A stretch of 62,528 nt of DNA. It comes from Steroidobacteraceae bacterium. Lineage in GTDB: Bacteria > Pseudomonadota > Gammaproteobacteria > Steroidobacterales > Steroidobacteraceae. Each line of letters begins with the position of its first letter. Position 1 is the first letter of the stretch. The position numbers and the translations under genes were made by a program. A model generated the notes under the pieces. The model did no database searches, had not been told where the DNA came from, and was given only the letters and a program-made list of their open reading frames with translations. Below, piece after piece: positions 19,101 to 32,189 of the stretch. Location: the NCBI GenBank assembly GCA_035319505.1, contig DATHCO010000130.1, positions 1-62,528 on the forward strand. Reading direction: 5' to 3'.

Positions 19101-19207
19101 ACCGAGAGCGTCACCCAGGCGTACACGCCGAAGGCGCTCGCGAGGATTGCGAGCACGATGACCGCGACCCGCCGGTGCAGGCAGAAGGCGACGAACTGGT
19201 CAATCAT
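16115..19207 (-). CDS. RND efflux permease, CzcA/CusA-like (COG3696-type)
   Basis: Size 1030 aa. The N-terminus MIDQFVAFCLHRRVAVIV...VEAYPELGD and TM4 AIDFGILVDGAIVV resemble CzcA-type pumps. Overlaps the OMF gene by 13 nt and the MFP gene by 8 nt. Confidence 0.95.
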   Translation of the reverse strand: MIDQFVAFCLHRRVAVIVLAILASAFGVYAWVTLSVEAYPELGDVSAQVTTQLPGLAAEEVEQLITVPLEREINGTPGLLLMRSSSTFGLSLITVLFRDGYEDYWVRQRLLERINQAVLPPGASPSLDPVAGPGGEIFRYTLESDRKNLQELSEIQRWIVIPAMKSVPGVVDDTNFGGFTTEYQLDLDPKQLEHYGLGITDVINAINSNNTNAGGGRVSRGDQSYVIRGVGLIHELAQIGSIVVTEVNGTPVLARDLGRTTLSHQEREGILGKDSNPDTIEGIVLMLKYQNPSETLRGIHAKVNELNAKLAADGVRIVPYIDRDDLVHATIHKVGRTILEGITLVFLILILFLGSPRSAFVVAVSIPLALVSVFSLLNLTHVSANLLSLGAIDFGILVDGAIVVTESVLRRREALPAEELSESEAKAATLQVTRPIFFASLIIITAYLPLFSFTRAEAKLFTPMAYTMGYALFGALLTALALVPGLAYYAFRKPGRIYHNRWLEWLTVAYDRLLARCLDQPQIIYGVVVFALLLVVGLGVSVGRDFLPDLDEGALWLQVQMPTGLALNKASDMASDLRRAILKYPEVSYVVTQTGRNDDGTDPWTMSHIEAPVGLKPYDTWPQHESKREFLDKLAAGLARDLPGYSIGISQPIIDNVNDMIGGAHSPLVIKIYGDDLDELRRVGSRIVEVLYTIRGTSSASIFQEPPIPQIEIKLDHERAARYGVNMTDVQNVIQVGVGQAPISTVYVKERQYPLTVRFTTDTRNSPEALGNLFVSTASGVQVPLSQLADVRVRSGESTVTRENARRNITIRIDNRDRDLTSYLNEAQAKIGAEVHFDPRKIQLEWGGQFENQRRAEARLLVILALVLGMMLIFLTVGIRSFRQALLVLGVVPLATLGGLVSLHLTGQNLNVASGVGFIALFGVAVQNGIIMVSNLNRMRRAGLELHQAIMQGATERLRPVLMTATVATLGMIPAAIHTGVGSDVQRGIATVVVGGLAISTILTLFVLPSMYHVIEHWAEQRLGHDGWGR

Positions 19208-20354
19208 TCAAGAGAAGTCCGCCCGCGACGACCACCTGCTCGCCCGCCGCCAAACCCGAGCGGATGGCGACCGAGGCGCCTTCCTCGAGCTCGGGATCGA
19301 CCGTGCGCCGCTCGAAGGTCCAGGGCGCCGTGGCGACGAACACGCTGGTGCGGTCGTTATTCATGAGGAGTGCCGAGGAGGGCAGCACGACCTCGGGCGC
19401 GAGCGGCCGCAGCACCGTCGCCGTCGCGAACATGTTGGGCTTCAACGCATAGTCGCCGTTCGAGAAGGCGATCCGCAGCTTGTTGCGGCGAGAATCCGGC
19501 TCGATGACGTCGGACACGAACAGTACCTTGCCGTGCAGCACCTTGCCGGGGTAGGCCGCGAGCACGACGTCCGCGCTCTGATCCTTGGCGACCCCCTGGA
19601 GGTCCTTCTCGGGGACCATCGCCGTGACCCAGATCGTGGAGAGGTCGGCGACGGTCATGATCGGTTGAGTCGGGTCATTGATCACGTTGCCGGGTTGCAC
19701 GGAAAGGGCCGTGATGCTGCCTGCGACGGGCGCGGTCACCGAGAGCAGCCGCGGCCCGCCCCTCGAGACACCGAGCATCTTGAGGCGCGCCTGCGTGCGG
19801 GTGTACTCCGCCACCGCCTGCTCGTGGTCGCTGCGCGCCTGGTCGAGATCGCGGTCGGAGACCGCGCCGATCTTGTGCTGCTCCTCCTGGCGCGAGAGGT
19901 TCTTCTCGGTGAGCCGCAAGGTATCGACTGCCTTGTCGTCATCGTCGAACGCCTGGCCGAGATCCGGCGAGTCGATCACCGCGAGGAGCTGGCCCTGCGT
20001 CACGCGATCGCCCAGCGCGACCTTGAGCGCGACCACCCGGCCGCCGAGGGCCGGGAGCACCGGGGCAGTGCGCGCGGGATCGGACTCGACCACGGCGGGG
20101 AGCACCAGCTTCGCGCTCACCGGTTGAACGGCCGCGGGCTGCACCTCGAGTCGCGCACGGAGCGAGGAGCCCTCCGGCACGATGATCTTGTTCCCCTCGC
20201 GCAGCATGAGCGCCGGCGGCTCGGCGGCTTTCCCACCGCCCAAGAGGCCGAAGCCGTGCGTGAACACCCCGGCGACGACGAGAAGCCCGAGCGCGAGGCC
20301 GCCCCAGAGAAAGGCCCGCCCTTGGACGGACGGCTGGTGATCGTGTATCGCCAT
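19200..20354 (-). CDS. RND efflux periplasmic adaptor (membrane fusion protein, HlyD/CzcB-like)
   Basis: N-terminal TM anchor, lipoyl/beta-barrel-like segments (VTQGQLLAVIDSPDL, VQPGNVI) and a central coiled coil. Immediately upstream of the RND permease. Confidence 0.9.
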   Translation of the reverse strand: MAIHDHQPSVQGRAFLWGGLALGLLVVAGVFTHGFGLLGGGKAAEPPALMLREGNKIIVPEGSSLRARLEVQPAAVQPVSAKLVLPAVVESDPARTAPVLPALGGRVVALKVALGDRVTQGQLLAVIDSPDLGQAFDDDDKAVDTLRLTEKNLSRQEEQHKIGAVSDRDLDQARSDHEQAVAEYTRTQARLKMLGVSRGGPRLLSVTAPVAGSITALSVQPGNVINDPTQPIMTVADLSTIWVTAMVPEKDLQGVAKDQSADVVLAAYPGKVLHGKVLFVSDVIEPDSRRNKLRIAFSNGDYALKPNMFATATVLRPLAPEVVLPSSALLMNNDRTSVFVATAPWTFERRTVDPELEEGASVAIRSGLAAGEQVVVAGGLLLND

Positions 20355-20606
20355 GATGCAGTACCCCGAAGGAACTCAATGTTGTGCGGGTAGGCCGTTA
20401 CTTCTGTGTAGAGCGTGGCACCGCGGCCCGCGCAGGCCTGCAGCGCCCCCTCGACCCCCCCAGCGCGCGGTCGCGGTCGTCCCATGCTGTTTAGTGTATC
20501 TAGGGGATAGGATATGACGATGAGGTTACAGGTGATGAAAAAACTTGCGGAGCTCGGCGAATCGTGGCGGGCTCGCTCGCGATCGGGCGGACGCTGCCGT
20601 TTTAGC

Positions 20607-21047
20607 TCACGACACCCACCAGTCGATCATGAGCAGAGGACCGGCCTCGCTGGAGCCGAAGCTGATATTGCCGAAGCCCGCCCTGGGTCCCGCCAAAACG
20701 CCCCTGTAGTGAACGTCGAGGGTCGCCACGAACTCCCCGCGCAGGCTCTGGACGGCCGCCGAGCCGCTCTCGAGCAGCTCGGCGATGACATACCTGACTT
20801 CGCGCGACAGCTGCTTCTCGTCGATGAGCTGCCCGGAGCCGCCTGCGCGCTCAACGATCTGGAGGAGCGCTTCGGCACGGCTACCCCGGAGCAATGTCTG
20901 CCGCTCCTCCTCCGTTTTCCACTTGCCCCCGAGCGCAGTGGCGTCGTCAATCCATTGCCTAAGCTCGGCCTTGGGCAGGAACACCTTGGCGAAACCGAGC
21001 CGCAGGGGTATGGAGGGATCGGGCGGCGCCGTGAGCAGCTTCACCAT
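20607..21047 (-). CDS. hypothetical protein (146 aa)
   Basis: ORF track 20607..21098. ATG 21047 is preceded by GAGGAG 7 nt upstream. GC-rich third positions on this strand; the + strand alternative is Arg-rich. No family recognised. Confidence 0.55.
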   Translation of the reverse strand: MVKLLTAPPDPSIPLRLGFAKVFLPKAELRQWIDDATALGGKWKTEEERQTLLRGSRAEALLQIVERAGGSGQLIDEKQLSREVRYVIAELLESGSAAVQSLRGEFVATLDVHYRGVLAGPRAGFGNISFGSSEAGPLLMIDWWVS

Positions 21048-21159
21048 GCGGGTCTCCTCGACGTGGGTGCCCGACGGCGGGCGTGTCGGTCTCTGCATGG
21101 GTAGACCCTGACTCCTACGCGAAGAAGTCTAGCGCCTGAAAGCGCCGCCCGGTGGACGC

Positions 21160-22575
21160 CTAGCTCTTCGGGGCCTTGATCACGCGGTCGACCGCGGCGG
21201 CGTGCTCGTCTGGCGCGAGCTTCGCGGGCCGCTGCCAGGACCCGGCGGTGATCTGCGGCGGGCGCGTAAGCGTGAGCTTGCCCTCGGGCGCGTTCGCGGT
21301 GATCGTCGAGCCCGCCCCGATGGTCGAGCCTGCGCCGATCTTGAGAGGCGCTACCAGCATCGTTCCGGAGCCGATGAAGGCGCCGTCCTCGATCACGGTC
21401 GGCCACTTGTTGGCGCCGTCGTAGTTGCAGGTGATCGTGCCCGCGCCGACGTTCACGTCGCTCCCGACACGGGCGTCGCCCAGGTAGGAGAGGTGATTAG
21501 CCTTGGCACCGCTACCGATCTCGCTGTTCTTCACCTCCACGAAGTTGCCGATGTGCACGCCGCGATGCAGGACCACCTCCGGCCGCAGGCGTGCGAAGGG
21601 CCCGATACGGCAATGCTCGGCGATCAGCGCATTGTCGATGATCGAGTTCGCGTACACCTCGGTGTCGGCGCCGATGCGGGCGTTACGAATGATGCAGTTG
21701 GGCCCGATCTTGACGCGCGCCGACAGATGCACCTTGCCGATGAAGATCGCATTCACGTCGATGAACACGTCGCGCTCGACCTCGACCTCACCACGAATGT
21801 CGACGCGCGCAGGGTCGACGAGCGTGGCGCCGGCGAGCATCAGATCGCGTGCCCGCGCTTGCCGATAGCAGGCCTCTAGCTGCGCGAGCTGAACCTTGTC
21901 GTTGACACCCATCACCTCGGTCGCATTCGACGCGAGGAGCGCCTCCACCCGATCCTGAGCCTGCACCGCCAGAGCCACCACGTCCGTGAGATAGTATTCG
22001 CGCTGCGCGTTGTCCCTGCCTAACCCCAGGAGCCACTCCCGCAGGCGCCCTGCGGGCGCCGCCATGAGCCCGGAGTTGGCCTCGCGGATCGTGAGCTGCG
22101 TGGCGTCTGCGTCGTGATGCTCGATGATCGCGCTCACGCGACCATCCGCGTCGCGCACGATCCGCCCATATCCCGCCGCCTCGTCGAGGTTCACGGAGAG
22201 GATGGCGAGCGCGCCCGCATCCGCCGCCGCGATCAACCGCTTGAGGGAAGAGGCGGTCACGAGCGGCACGTCGCCGTACAACACCAGCACCGTATGGTCG
22301 TCCGGAATGACGGTCATTGCCTCCATCACGGCGTGGCCCGTCCCCAGCTGCTCGGCCTGCAGGATCCAGTCGACATCCTCGTGCGTGAACGCGGCCTGCA
22401 CCTCGGCACCGCCGTACCCGTAGACCACGCACAGATACGCGGGATTGAGCGCGCGCGCCGTGCGGATCACGTGCTGCAGGAGCGGCTGGCCGGCGAGCGG
22501 CTGAAGCACCTTGGGCAAATCCGAGTGCATGCGCTTGCCCTGTCCCGCGGCGAGTATGACGACGGAAAGCGGCAT
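21160..22575 (-). CDS. glmU: bifunctional GlcNAc-1-P uridyltransferase / GlcN-1-P acetyltransferase
   Basis: ORF track 21160..22614. ATG 22575 lies behind AAGGAG. Starts MPLSVVILAAGQGKRM. C-terminal left-handed beta-helix hexapeptide repeats. Confidence 0.95.
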   Translation of the reverse strand: MPLSVVILAAGQGKRMHSDLPKVLQPLAGQPLLQHVIRTARALNPAYLCVVYGYGGAEVQAAFTHEDVDWILQAEQLGTGHAVMEAMTVIPDDHTVLVLYGDVPLVTASSLKRLIAAADAGALAILSVNLDEAAGYGRIVRDADGRVSAIIEHHDADATQLTIREANSGLMAAPAGRLREWLLGLGRDNAQREYYLTDVVALAVQAQDRVEALLASNATEVMGVNDKVQLAQLEACYRQARARDLMLAGATLVDPARVDIRGEVEVERDVFIDVNAIFIGKVHLSARVKIGPNCIIRNARIGADTEVYANSIIDNALIAEHCRIGPFARLRPEVVLHRGVHIGNFVEVKNSEIGSGAKANHLSYLGDARVGSDVNVGAGTITCNYDGANKWPTVIEDGAFIGSGTMLVAPLKIGAGSTIGAGSTITANAPEGKLTLTRPPQITAGSWQRPAKLAPDEHAAAVDRVIKAPKS

Positions 22576-22610
22576 TTCGGCTCCTTGGGGGCGAGCGGCT
22601 CCTCGGGCCC

Positions 22611-23036
22611 TCACACCGAGCGTTTCTTGCGCAGACGCTCGATCGCTTTCAATTGCGCCACGGCCCGCGCCAGCTCCGCCTGGGCCTCGGCAATCTCCAT
22701 CTTGTCGACGCGGCTCCTCACCGCTTCCTCGGCGCGCTGCTTGGCCGTGAGCGCCTGAGCCTCATCCAGATCCTTCGCTCGCGCCGCCGTGTCGGCAAGG
22801 ACGGTGACCAGGTGCGGCTGGACTTCGAGTGCACCGCCGCCTACGTAGAAGACCTGCTCCTCCTCGCCCTCCCTCTGAACCCGGACCTCGCCCGCTCTCA
22901 GCGTGGTCAAGAGCGGGGCGTGCCGCGGATAGATGCCGAGATCGCCCAGCGAGCCGGGCAGGAACACCATGCTCACCTCTCCTGCGAAGATCTCGCCTTC
23001 GGCGCTCACGATGTCGACGTGAATGGTCTCGGCCAT
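22611..23036 (-). CDS. atpC: F0F1 ATP synthase subunit epsilon
   Basis: 141 aa. [20 protein letters not shown]... is a typical epsilon sequence. Last gene of the atp operon. Confidence 0.93.
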   Translation of the reverse strand: MAETIHVDIVSAEGEIFAGEVSMVFLPGSLGDLGIYPRHAPLLTTLRAGEVRVQREGEEEQVFYVGGGALEVQPHLVTVLADTAARAKDLDEAQALTAKQRAEEAVRSRVDKMEIAEAQAELARAVAQLKAIERLRKKRSV

Positions 23037-23059
23037 GGATGCGCTCTCTTCGGGTCAAC

Positions 23060-25358
<2,299 letters not shown>

Positions 25359-25386
25359 TGCCGTCTCTCGAGTGGGTGAGGAAGCC

Positions 25387-26922
<1,536 letters not shown>

Positions 26923-26964
26923 ATCGATCCTCTCGTGCGGGCGATGAGCCCGCGCTTCGCGTTT

Positions 26965-27516
26965 CTAGCTGGTCAATTCGGTGCCGAGCCGCTCGAGACG
27001 GCCCCTCAAGGAGCCGTCGATCACGAGATCGCCGGCGCGGATCAGGGCGCCGCCGACGAGCGCGGGATCGACCGAGGTGTGCATCCGCACGGTGCGCTTG
27101 AGCCGCTGAGCGAGCGCACGCTCGAGCTTCCCGGCCTGCGAAGCGTCGAGCGGCACCGCGGAGATCACCTCGACGTCGACGGTATTCTCGACCTCCGCGC
27201 GCAGCCCCTCATAGTGCGCGGCGATCTCAGGCAGGAGCGTCAAGCGGCGATTCTCGGCGAGCAGCGCGACGAAGTTCTGCATGGATGCATCGAGCTCCGC
27301 ACCCGCGACGCCGGCGATGAGGCCGGCGTGCTCGGCCGCGGTCAACTCGGGGTTCTTGATGATTTCGGCGACCCGCGCGTCGGCGACGATCTGGGCGGCG
27401 AGGGCGAGGGCGCGGGACCACTTGGCGAAGGCCTGCGGATCACGCGAGCGCGCCTCGCGCGCGTGCTCGAACGCCGCTTTAGCGTACGGCCTCGCGATGG
27501 TGGCACGGTCAGCCAC
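26965..27516 (-). CDS. atpH: F0F1 ATP synthase subunit delta
   Basis: ORF track 26965..27645. GTG at 27516 (checked) gives ADRATIARPYAKAAFEHA, the usual delta N-terminus. It overlaps the atpF end by 8 nt. Confidence 0.9.
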   Translation of the reverse strand: MADRATIARPYAKAAFEHAREARSRDPQAFAKWSRALALAAQIVADARVAEIIKNPELTAAEHAGLIAGVAGAELDASMQNFVALLAENRRLTLLPEIAAHYEGLRAEVENTVDVEVISAVPLDASQAGKLERALAQRLKRTVRMHTSVDPALVGGALIRAGDLVIDGSLRGRLERLGTELTS

Positions 27517-27988
27517 GAGCGATCTCGGTGGCCAGCCGGTCGAGAAGCTCCGCGTGGATCTTCGGATCGATCTCGCGCTCGAGCACGCGCGATGCGCCCT
27601 CGATCGCGAGCCTCGCCACTTCGTTGCGCAGGCCCTCGCGGGCACGCGTGCTCTGGAGCGTCACTTCCTCATGCGCCTGCGCGATGAGCCGCTGCGCTTC
27701 CGAGGAGGCCGTGCCCTTGGCCTCGTCGATCATCTCGTTCGAGCGCTTGCCCGCCTGATCGAGGATCTGCGCCGCCCGCTCGCGCGCCTCGCGCAGGATC
27801 TCCTTGGAGCGCGCTTCGGCCTCGGTCAGGTCCTTTTGGCCCTGAGCGGCGGCGGCCAGGCCGTCGGCAATCTTCTGCTCACGGTCCTTCATCGGCCCGA
27901 GGATCATCGGCCATACGACTTTCATGGTGAACCAGATGAGAGCGATGAACACGATCGCCTGGACGATGAGCGTGAGATTGATGTTCAC
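27509..27988 (-). CDS. atpF: F0F1 ATP synthase subunit b
   Basis: N-terminal TM helix (MNINLTLIVQAIVFIALIWFTMKVVW), then a long charged helix. Confidence 0.93.
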   Translation of the reverse strand: MNINLTLIVQAIVFIALIWFTMKVVWPMILGPMKDREQKIADGLAAAAQGQKDLTEAEARSKEILREARERAAQILDQAGKRSNEMIDEAKGTASSEAQRLIAQAHEEVTLQSTRAREGLRNEVARLAIEGASRVLEREIDPKIHAELLDRLATEIARG

Positions 27989-28025
27989 AGTCGTCTCCTG
28001 ACCGGCGAGCTCGTCGGTCTCAACC

Positions 28026-28301
<276 letters not shown>

Positions 28302-28342
28302 CTATGCGAAAACGAAATTGGTGTGGTCTTGAACTCGAGACA

Positions 28343-29194
<852 letters not shown>

Positions 29195-29677
29195 CTAGAA
29201 TTCTTTGCGTCCGGACAGCGGCGGCAACAGGTTCGCGAGGGCAAGCCAAAACACGGAAAAGGTCGCAATGTAGGTGCCGAGCATCGCGAGCGGCGCCACT
29301 TTCATCGTCTTCAACACCGCCAGGAACAGCACGATCACCACCACTACCTTGGCCGCTTCCCCTACGAAGAACGCACGCAGCGCCCGCTCCGGGCTCCCGC
29401 TCGGCCGGCCTCCCACACCGAGCATCACCATGACGAGACTCGCCGCCGTGCTGATCCCGCCGCCCAGCGCCGCGGACAGCGCGACGTGGGAACTCGCGAT
29501 CATCCATCCGACGAGGGCGCAGAGGAGGGTCACGGCCGCCTGTCCCAAGACGACGCTGAATGCCAGCCGGCGCGCCAGGGCGAAGTCGATAGCGATCACG
29601 TTTAAATCCCGCTCGTGAGCGAAGCCCGCTTCGCTTGTTATGGCCGAGGCCCGCGCCCACCCCAAGAGCCGCGGCAT
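29195..29677 (-). CDS. atpI: ATP synthase protein I (AtpI-like small membrane protein)
   Basis: Hydrophobic 4-helix pattern. Stop TAG lies directly before the atpB ATG (TAGATG). The true start may be an internal GTG (VIAIDFAL...), since AtpI is usually shorter. Confidence 0.7.
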   Translation of the reverse strand: MPRLLGWARASAITSEAGFAHERDLNVIAIDFALARRLAFSVVLGQAAVTLLCALVGWMIASSHVALSAALGGGISTAASLVMVMLGVGGRPSGSPERALRAFFVGEAAKVVVVIVLFLAVLKTMKVAPLAMLGTYIATFSVFWLALANLLPPLSGRKEF

Positions 29678-29712
29678 TATAGAGATGCCGCCCTAGGCCA
29701 TCAAGTCGTTGA

Positions 29713-29748
29713 AATACGGGAACTACCCGTTGCAATACGGCAACTACC
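29713..29748. repeat. two 15-bp direct repeats (AATACGGGAACTACC / AATACGGCAACTACC), 21-bp phasing, upstream of atpI
   Basis: 14/15 identical. Located in the parB-atpI spacer, where the atp promoter is expected. Confidence 0.4.
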
Positions 29749-29771
29749 GAAGGCTGCCGCCCGCAGCGGCT

Positions 29772-30668
29772 CTAGGTGATGTGCGCCAGGATCCCATCGA
29801 GCTCATCCAGGCTGTTGTAGTTGACGATGAGCTTGCCCTTTCCGGACGGCGTGTGCTGAAAGGTGACCTTGGCGCCCAGCTTGTCCGCCAATTCGAGCTC
29901 CAGGCGATGAATGTCCGGATCCTTCGAGGGAGGGGCGCCGCCATCGGCCGGCGGTGCCTTGAGCAGGCGCCGCACGAGCGCTTCGGTATCGCGGACGGAG
30001 AGCGACTTCTTGGCGACGAGCCCGGCCACTTCGATCTGCTGGCGGCGCGCAGTGAGGGCGAGAAGCGCACGCGCATGGCCCATTTCAATGCTGCGCTGTT
30101 CCAAGAGCTGCTTCACCTCATCGGCGAGCTCGGTGAGGCGCAGCAGGTTGCTCACCGCGGCGCGCGAGCGGCCCACCGCCTGCGCCGCCGCTTGATGGGT
30201 CAGGCCGAACTCCTCGATCAGCCGCGCGAGCGCGCGTGCCTCCTCCAAGGGGTTCAAGCCCTCTCGCTGGATGTTCTCGATGAGGGTCATGGCGAGCGCC
30301 GCCTCGTCCGGGACATCGCGGATGACGGCGGGGATCTCGGCGATACCGGCCATCTGCGCGGCCCGCCAGCGGCGCTCGCCGGCGATGATTTCATAGCGCT
30401 GCGACTCGCCGTGGCTGCGTCCCAGCGGGCGCACTAGAATCGGTTGCACGACCCCTTGCGCCTTGATCGAGTCGGCGAGCTCGCTCAGGGATTCCGGCCG
30501 CATGTCGACGCGCGGTTGGTACTTACCCCGCTGCAACAGGTCGAGCGGCAGGCTCGCCACGCGCTCGCCGGGCGGCGGGGCATCTGGCTCGGATAAGCCC
30601 GCATGGCGTGCGAGCAAGGGCGACAGCTCCGCGAGTCCGCGACCCAGGGAGGGCTTCTTCACGCTCAT
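29772..30668 (-). CDS. parB: chromosome partitioning protein ParB
   Basis: PSLGRGLAEL, IIAGERRWRAA (ParB box II) and an HTH region. The ATG overlaps the parA stop (ATGA). Confidence 0.95.
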   Translation of the reverse strand: MSVKKPSLGRGLAELSPLLARHAGLSEPDAPPPGERVASLPLDLLQRGKYQPRVDMRPESLSELADSIKAQGVVQPILVRPLGRSHGESQRYEIIAGERRWRAAQMAGIAEIPAVIRDVPDEAALAMTLIENIQREGLNPLEEARALARLIEEFGLTHQAAAQAVGRSRAAVSNLLRLTELADEVKQLLEQRSIEMGHARALLALTARRQQIEVAGLVAKKSLSVRDTEALVRRLLKAPPADGGAPPSKDPDIHRLELELADKLGAKVTFQHTPSGKGKLIVNYNSLDELDGILAHIT

Positions 30669-31507
30669 TCGTGCAATCCGGACGAGGAGGCTTGCGGCTG
30701 CGGGGCGCTCTCCACGGACGATTCGACGCGCGCGAGCGGCAACTCCTCGCGGCGAATCATCTCGCCGGCGAGCGCGAGGTAGGCGAGGGCGCCGCGGGAT
30801 TCCTTGTCATGGAACAGCGCGGGCTTGCCGAAACTCGGCGCCTCGGCCAATCGAACGTTGCGTGGGATCATGGTGCGAAAGACTTTCGAGCCGAAATGCT
30901 CGATGAGCTGTGCCGAGACTTCGTTGGCGAGATTGTTGCGCGGATCGAACATGGTACGCAACAGGCCCTCGATCTCGAGATCGGGATTGATGCTCGCGCG
31001 AATCTGCTCGATCGTGTGCACGAGCGCGCTCAAGCCCTCGAGCGCGTAATACTCGCACTGCATGGGAACCATCACGGAGTCCGCGGCCACGAGCGCGTTC
31101 AGCGTGAGCATATTGAGCGCCGGCGGACAGTCGATCAATATCACGTCGAAATCGTCGCGAATCGGCTTCACTGCATTGCGTAGCTTGAACTCCCGCCCCG
31201 CGATCATCGCGAGCAGTCGCACGTCCGCGGCGGTGAGATCCTGATTGGCCGGCATCAGCATGAAACCGCCGTACTGCACGCTGACGAGCGCCTCGCGGGC
31301 AGTGCACTCCTCGAGCAGCACGTCGCAGCTCGAGTGCGCGAGGGAATTCTTGTCAATCCCGCAGCCCATGGTGGCGTTGCCCTGCGGATCGAGATCGATC
31401 AGCAACACACGCCGCTTGGTCGCCGTGAGGGAAGCGGCCAGGTTCACGGCAGTCGTGGTCTTGCCGACTCCGCCCTTTTGATTAGCGACAGCAATGACGC
31501 GCTTCAT
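30665..31507 (-). CDS. parA: chromosome partitioning ATPase ParA (Soj)
   Basis: ORF track 30665..31573. ATG 31507 checked. MKRVIAVANQKGGVGKTT is the deviant Walker A. Confidence 0.95.
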   Translation of the reverse strand: MKRVIAVANQKGGVGKTTTAVNLAASLTATKRRVLLIDLDPQGNATMGCGIDKNSLAHSSCDVLLEECTAREALVSVQYGGFMLMPANQDLTAADVRLLAMIAGREFKLRNAVKPIRDDFDVILIDCPPALNMLTLNALVAADSVMVPMQCEYYALEGLSALVHTIEQIRASINPDLEIEGLLRTMFDPRNNLANEVSAQLIEHFGSKVFRTMIPRNVRLAEAPSFGKPALFHDKESRGALAYLALAGEMIRREELPLARVESSVESAPQPQASSSGLHE

Positions 31508-31517
31508 GTCCTCGGCC

Positions 31518-32183
31518 TCAGCGGTGATCCGACCTCGGCGGCGATCCAGGCCATGCCGGGGAGATTTCCACAATATGGCGCTCGGCGTCCAGCCCCGGCA
31601 CGTGGACCCCGTGAACGGCGAGCACTCGAAAGGACTTCGGCAGCGCGGACAGCTCCTCCTCGGGGCGCTTGCCCTTCATCGCGAGGAGCCGCCCCTCGGG
31701 GGCGCAGAGGTGCCCCGCGTAGGCCACGAAATCGCGCAACGACGACAGGGCGCGCGCGAGCACCGTATCGAACAGCTCGAAGGGCCGATAGCGCTCCGCC
31801 CGGGCGTGAACCACCTCGACGTTGGCGCAGCGCAAACGCTCCGCGGTGCGGTCGACAAAGCGGGCCTTCTTGGCGGTGGCCTCGATGAGAAAGAACCGCC
31901 GTTGCGGGTTGACGATGGCAAGCGGCAGCCCTGGAAAGCCCGCCCCGGTCCCCACATCCGCGATTCGGGCCCCGCGCAGGTAGGGCTGCACGCTCAGGCT
32001 GTCGAGCAGGTGTTTCACCAGCATTCCCGGCCGGTCCCGAATCGCCGTGAGATTGAACTCCTCATTGGCGCTCTCGAGCTCATCGATGAGGCGCAGGAGC
32101 GTCTCGGCCTGCCATTCGTCGAGCGCCAAGGCGAAGGCGTCCGCCCCAGCGGCGATGAGCGCACGTTCCTCGCCTCTATCCAC
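31518..32183 (-). CDS. rsmG: 16S rRNA (guanine527-N7)-methyltransferase
   Basis: NLTAIRD and DVGTGAGFPGLPLAI motifs. GTG start at 32183. Confidence 0.92.
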   Translation of the reverse strand: MDRGEERALIAAGADAFALALDEWQAETLLRLIDELESANEEFNLTAIRDRPGMLVKHLLDSLSVQPYLRGARIADVGTGAGFPGLPLAIVNPQRRFFLIEATAKKARFVDRTAERLRCANVEVVHARAERYRPFELFDTVLARALSSLRDFVAYAGHLCAPEGRLLAMKGKRPEEELSALPKSFRVLAVHGVHVPGLDAERHIVEISPAWPGSPPRSDHR

Positions 32184-32189
32184 GTGGTC

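Noticed and set aside
16115-19207. Assigning heavy-metal (Co/Zn/Cd or Cu) specificity to the CzcA-like RND pump.
   Set aside because: Family resemblance alone does not give the substrate. The TM4 motif ends ...VVTESV rather than the canonical ...VIVEN, and no metal-responsive regulator is adjacent.
16133-19366. Very long antisense ORFs opposite real genes. Examples: 16133..19366(+), 1466..3133(-), 4733..6631(+), 9696..11495(+), 12025..13797(+), 25267..27687(+), 33245..35170(-), 46932..48095(-), 57668..59389(+).
   Set aside because: Their translations are Arg/Gly/His/Asp-rich and low in complexity, with no recognisable motifs. The opposite strand in each case encodes a highly conserved protein. 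Stop-codon depletion in high-GC DNA generates such shadow ORFs.
20514-21104. 196-aa + strand ORF overlapping the 20607..21047(-) gene.
   Set aside because: It is Arg/Gly-rich and lacks the GC-rich third-position pattern. The - strand frame has a strong SD and realistic composition.
32165-32180. Other CACGTG-core sequences considered as extra parS sites: CTATCCACGTGGTCTC at the rsmG start, CCCGGCACGTGGACCC at about 31595, and others at about 9691, 14415, 42793 and 61275.
   Set aside because: They match the 16-bp consensus at only about 9/16 positions, i.e. the core only, so they are not credible ParB sites.
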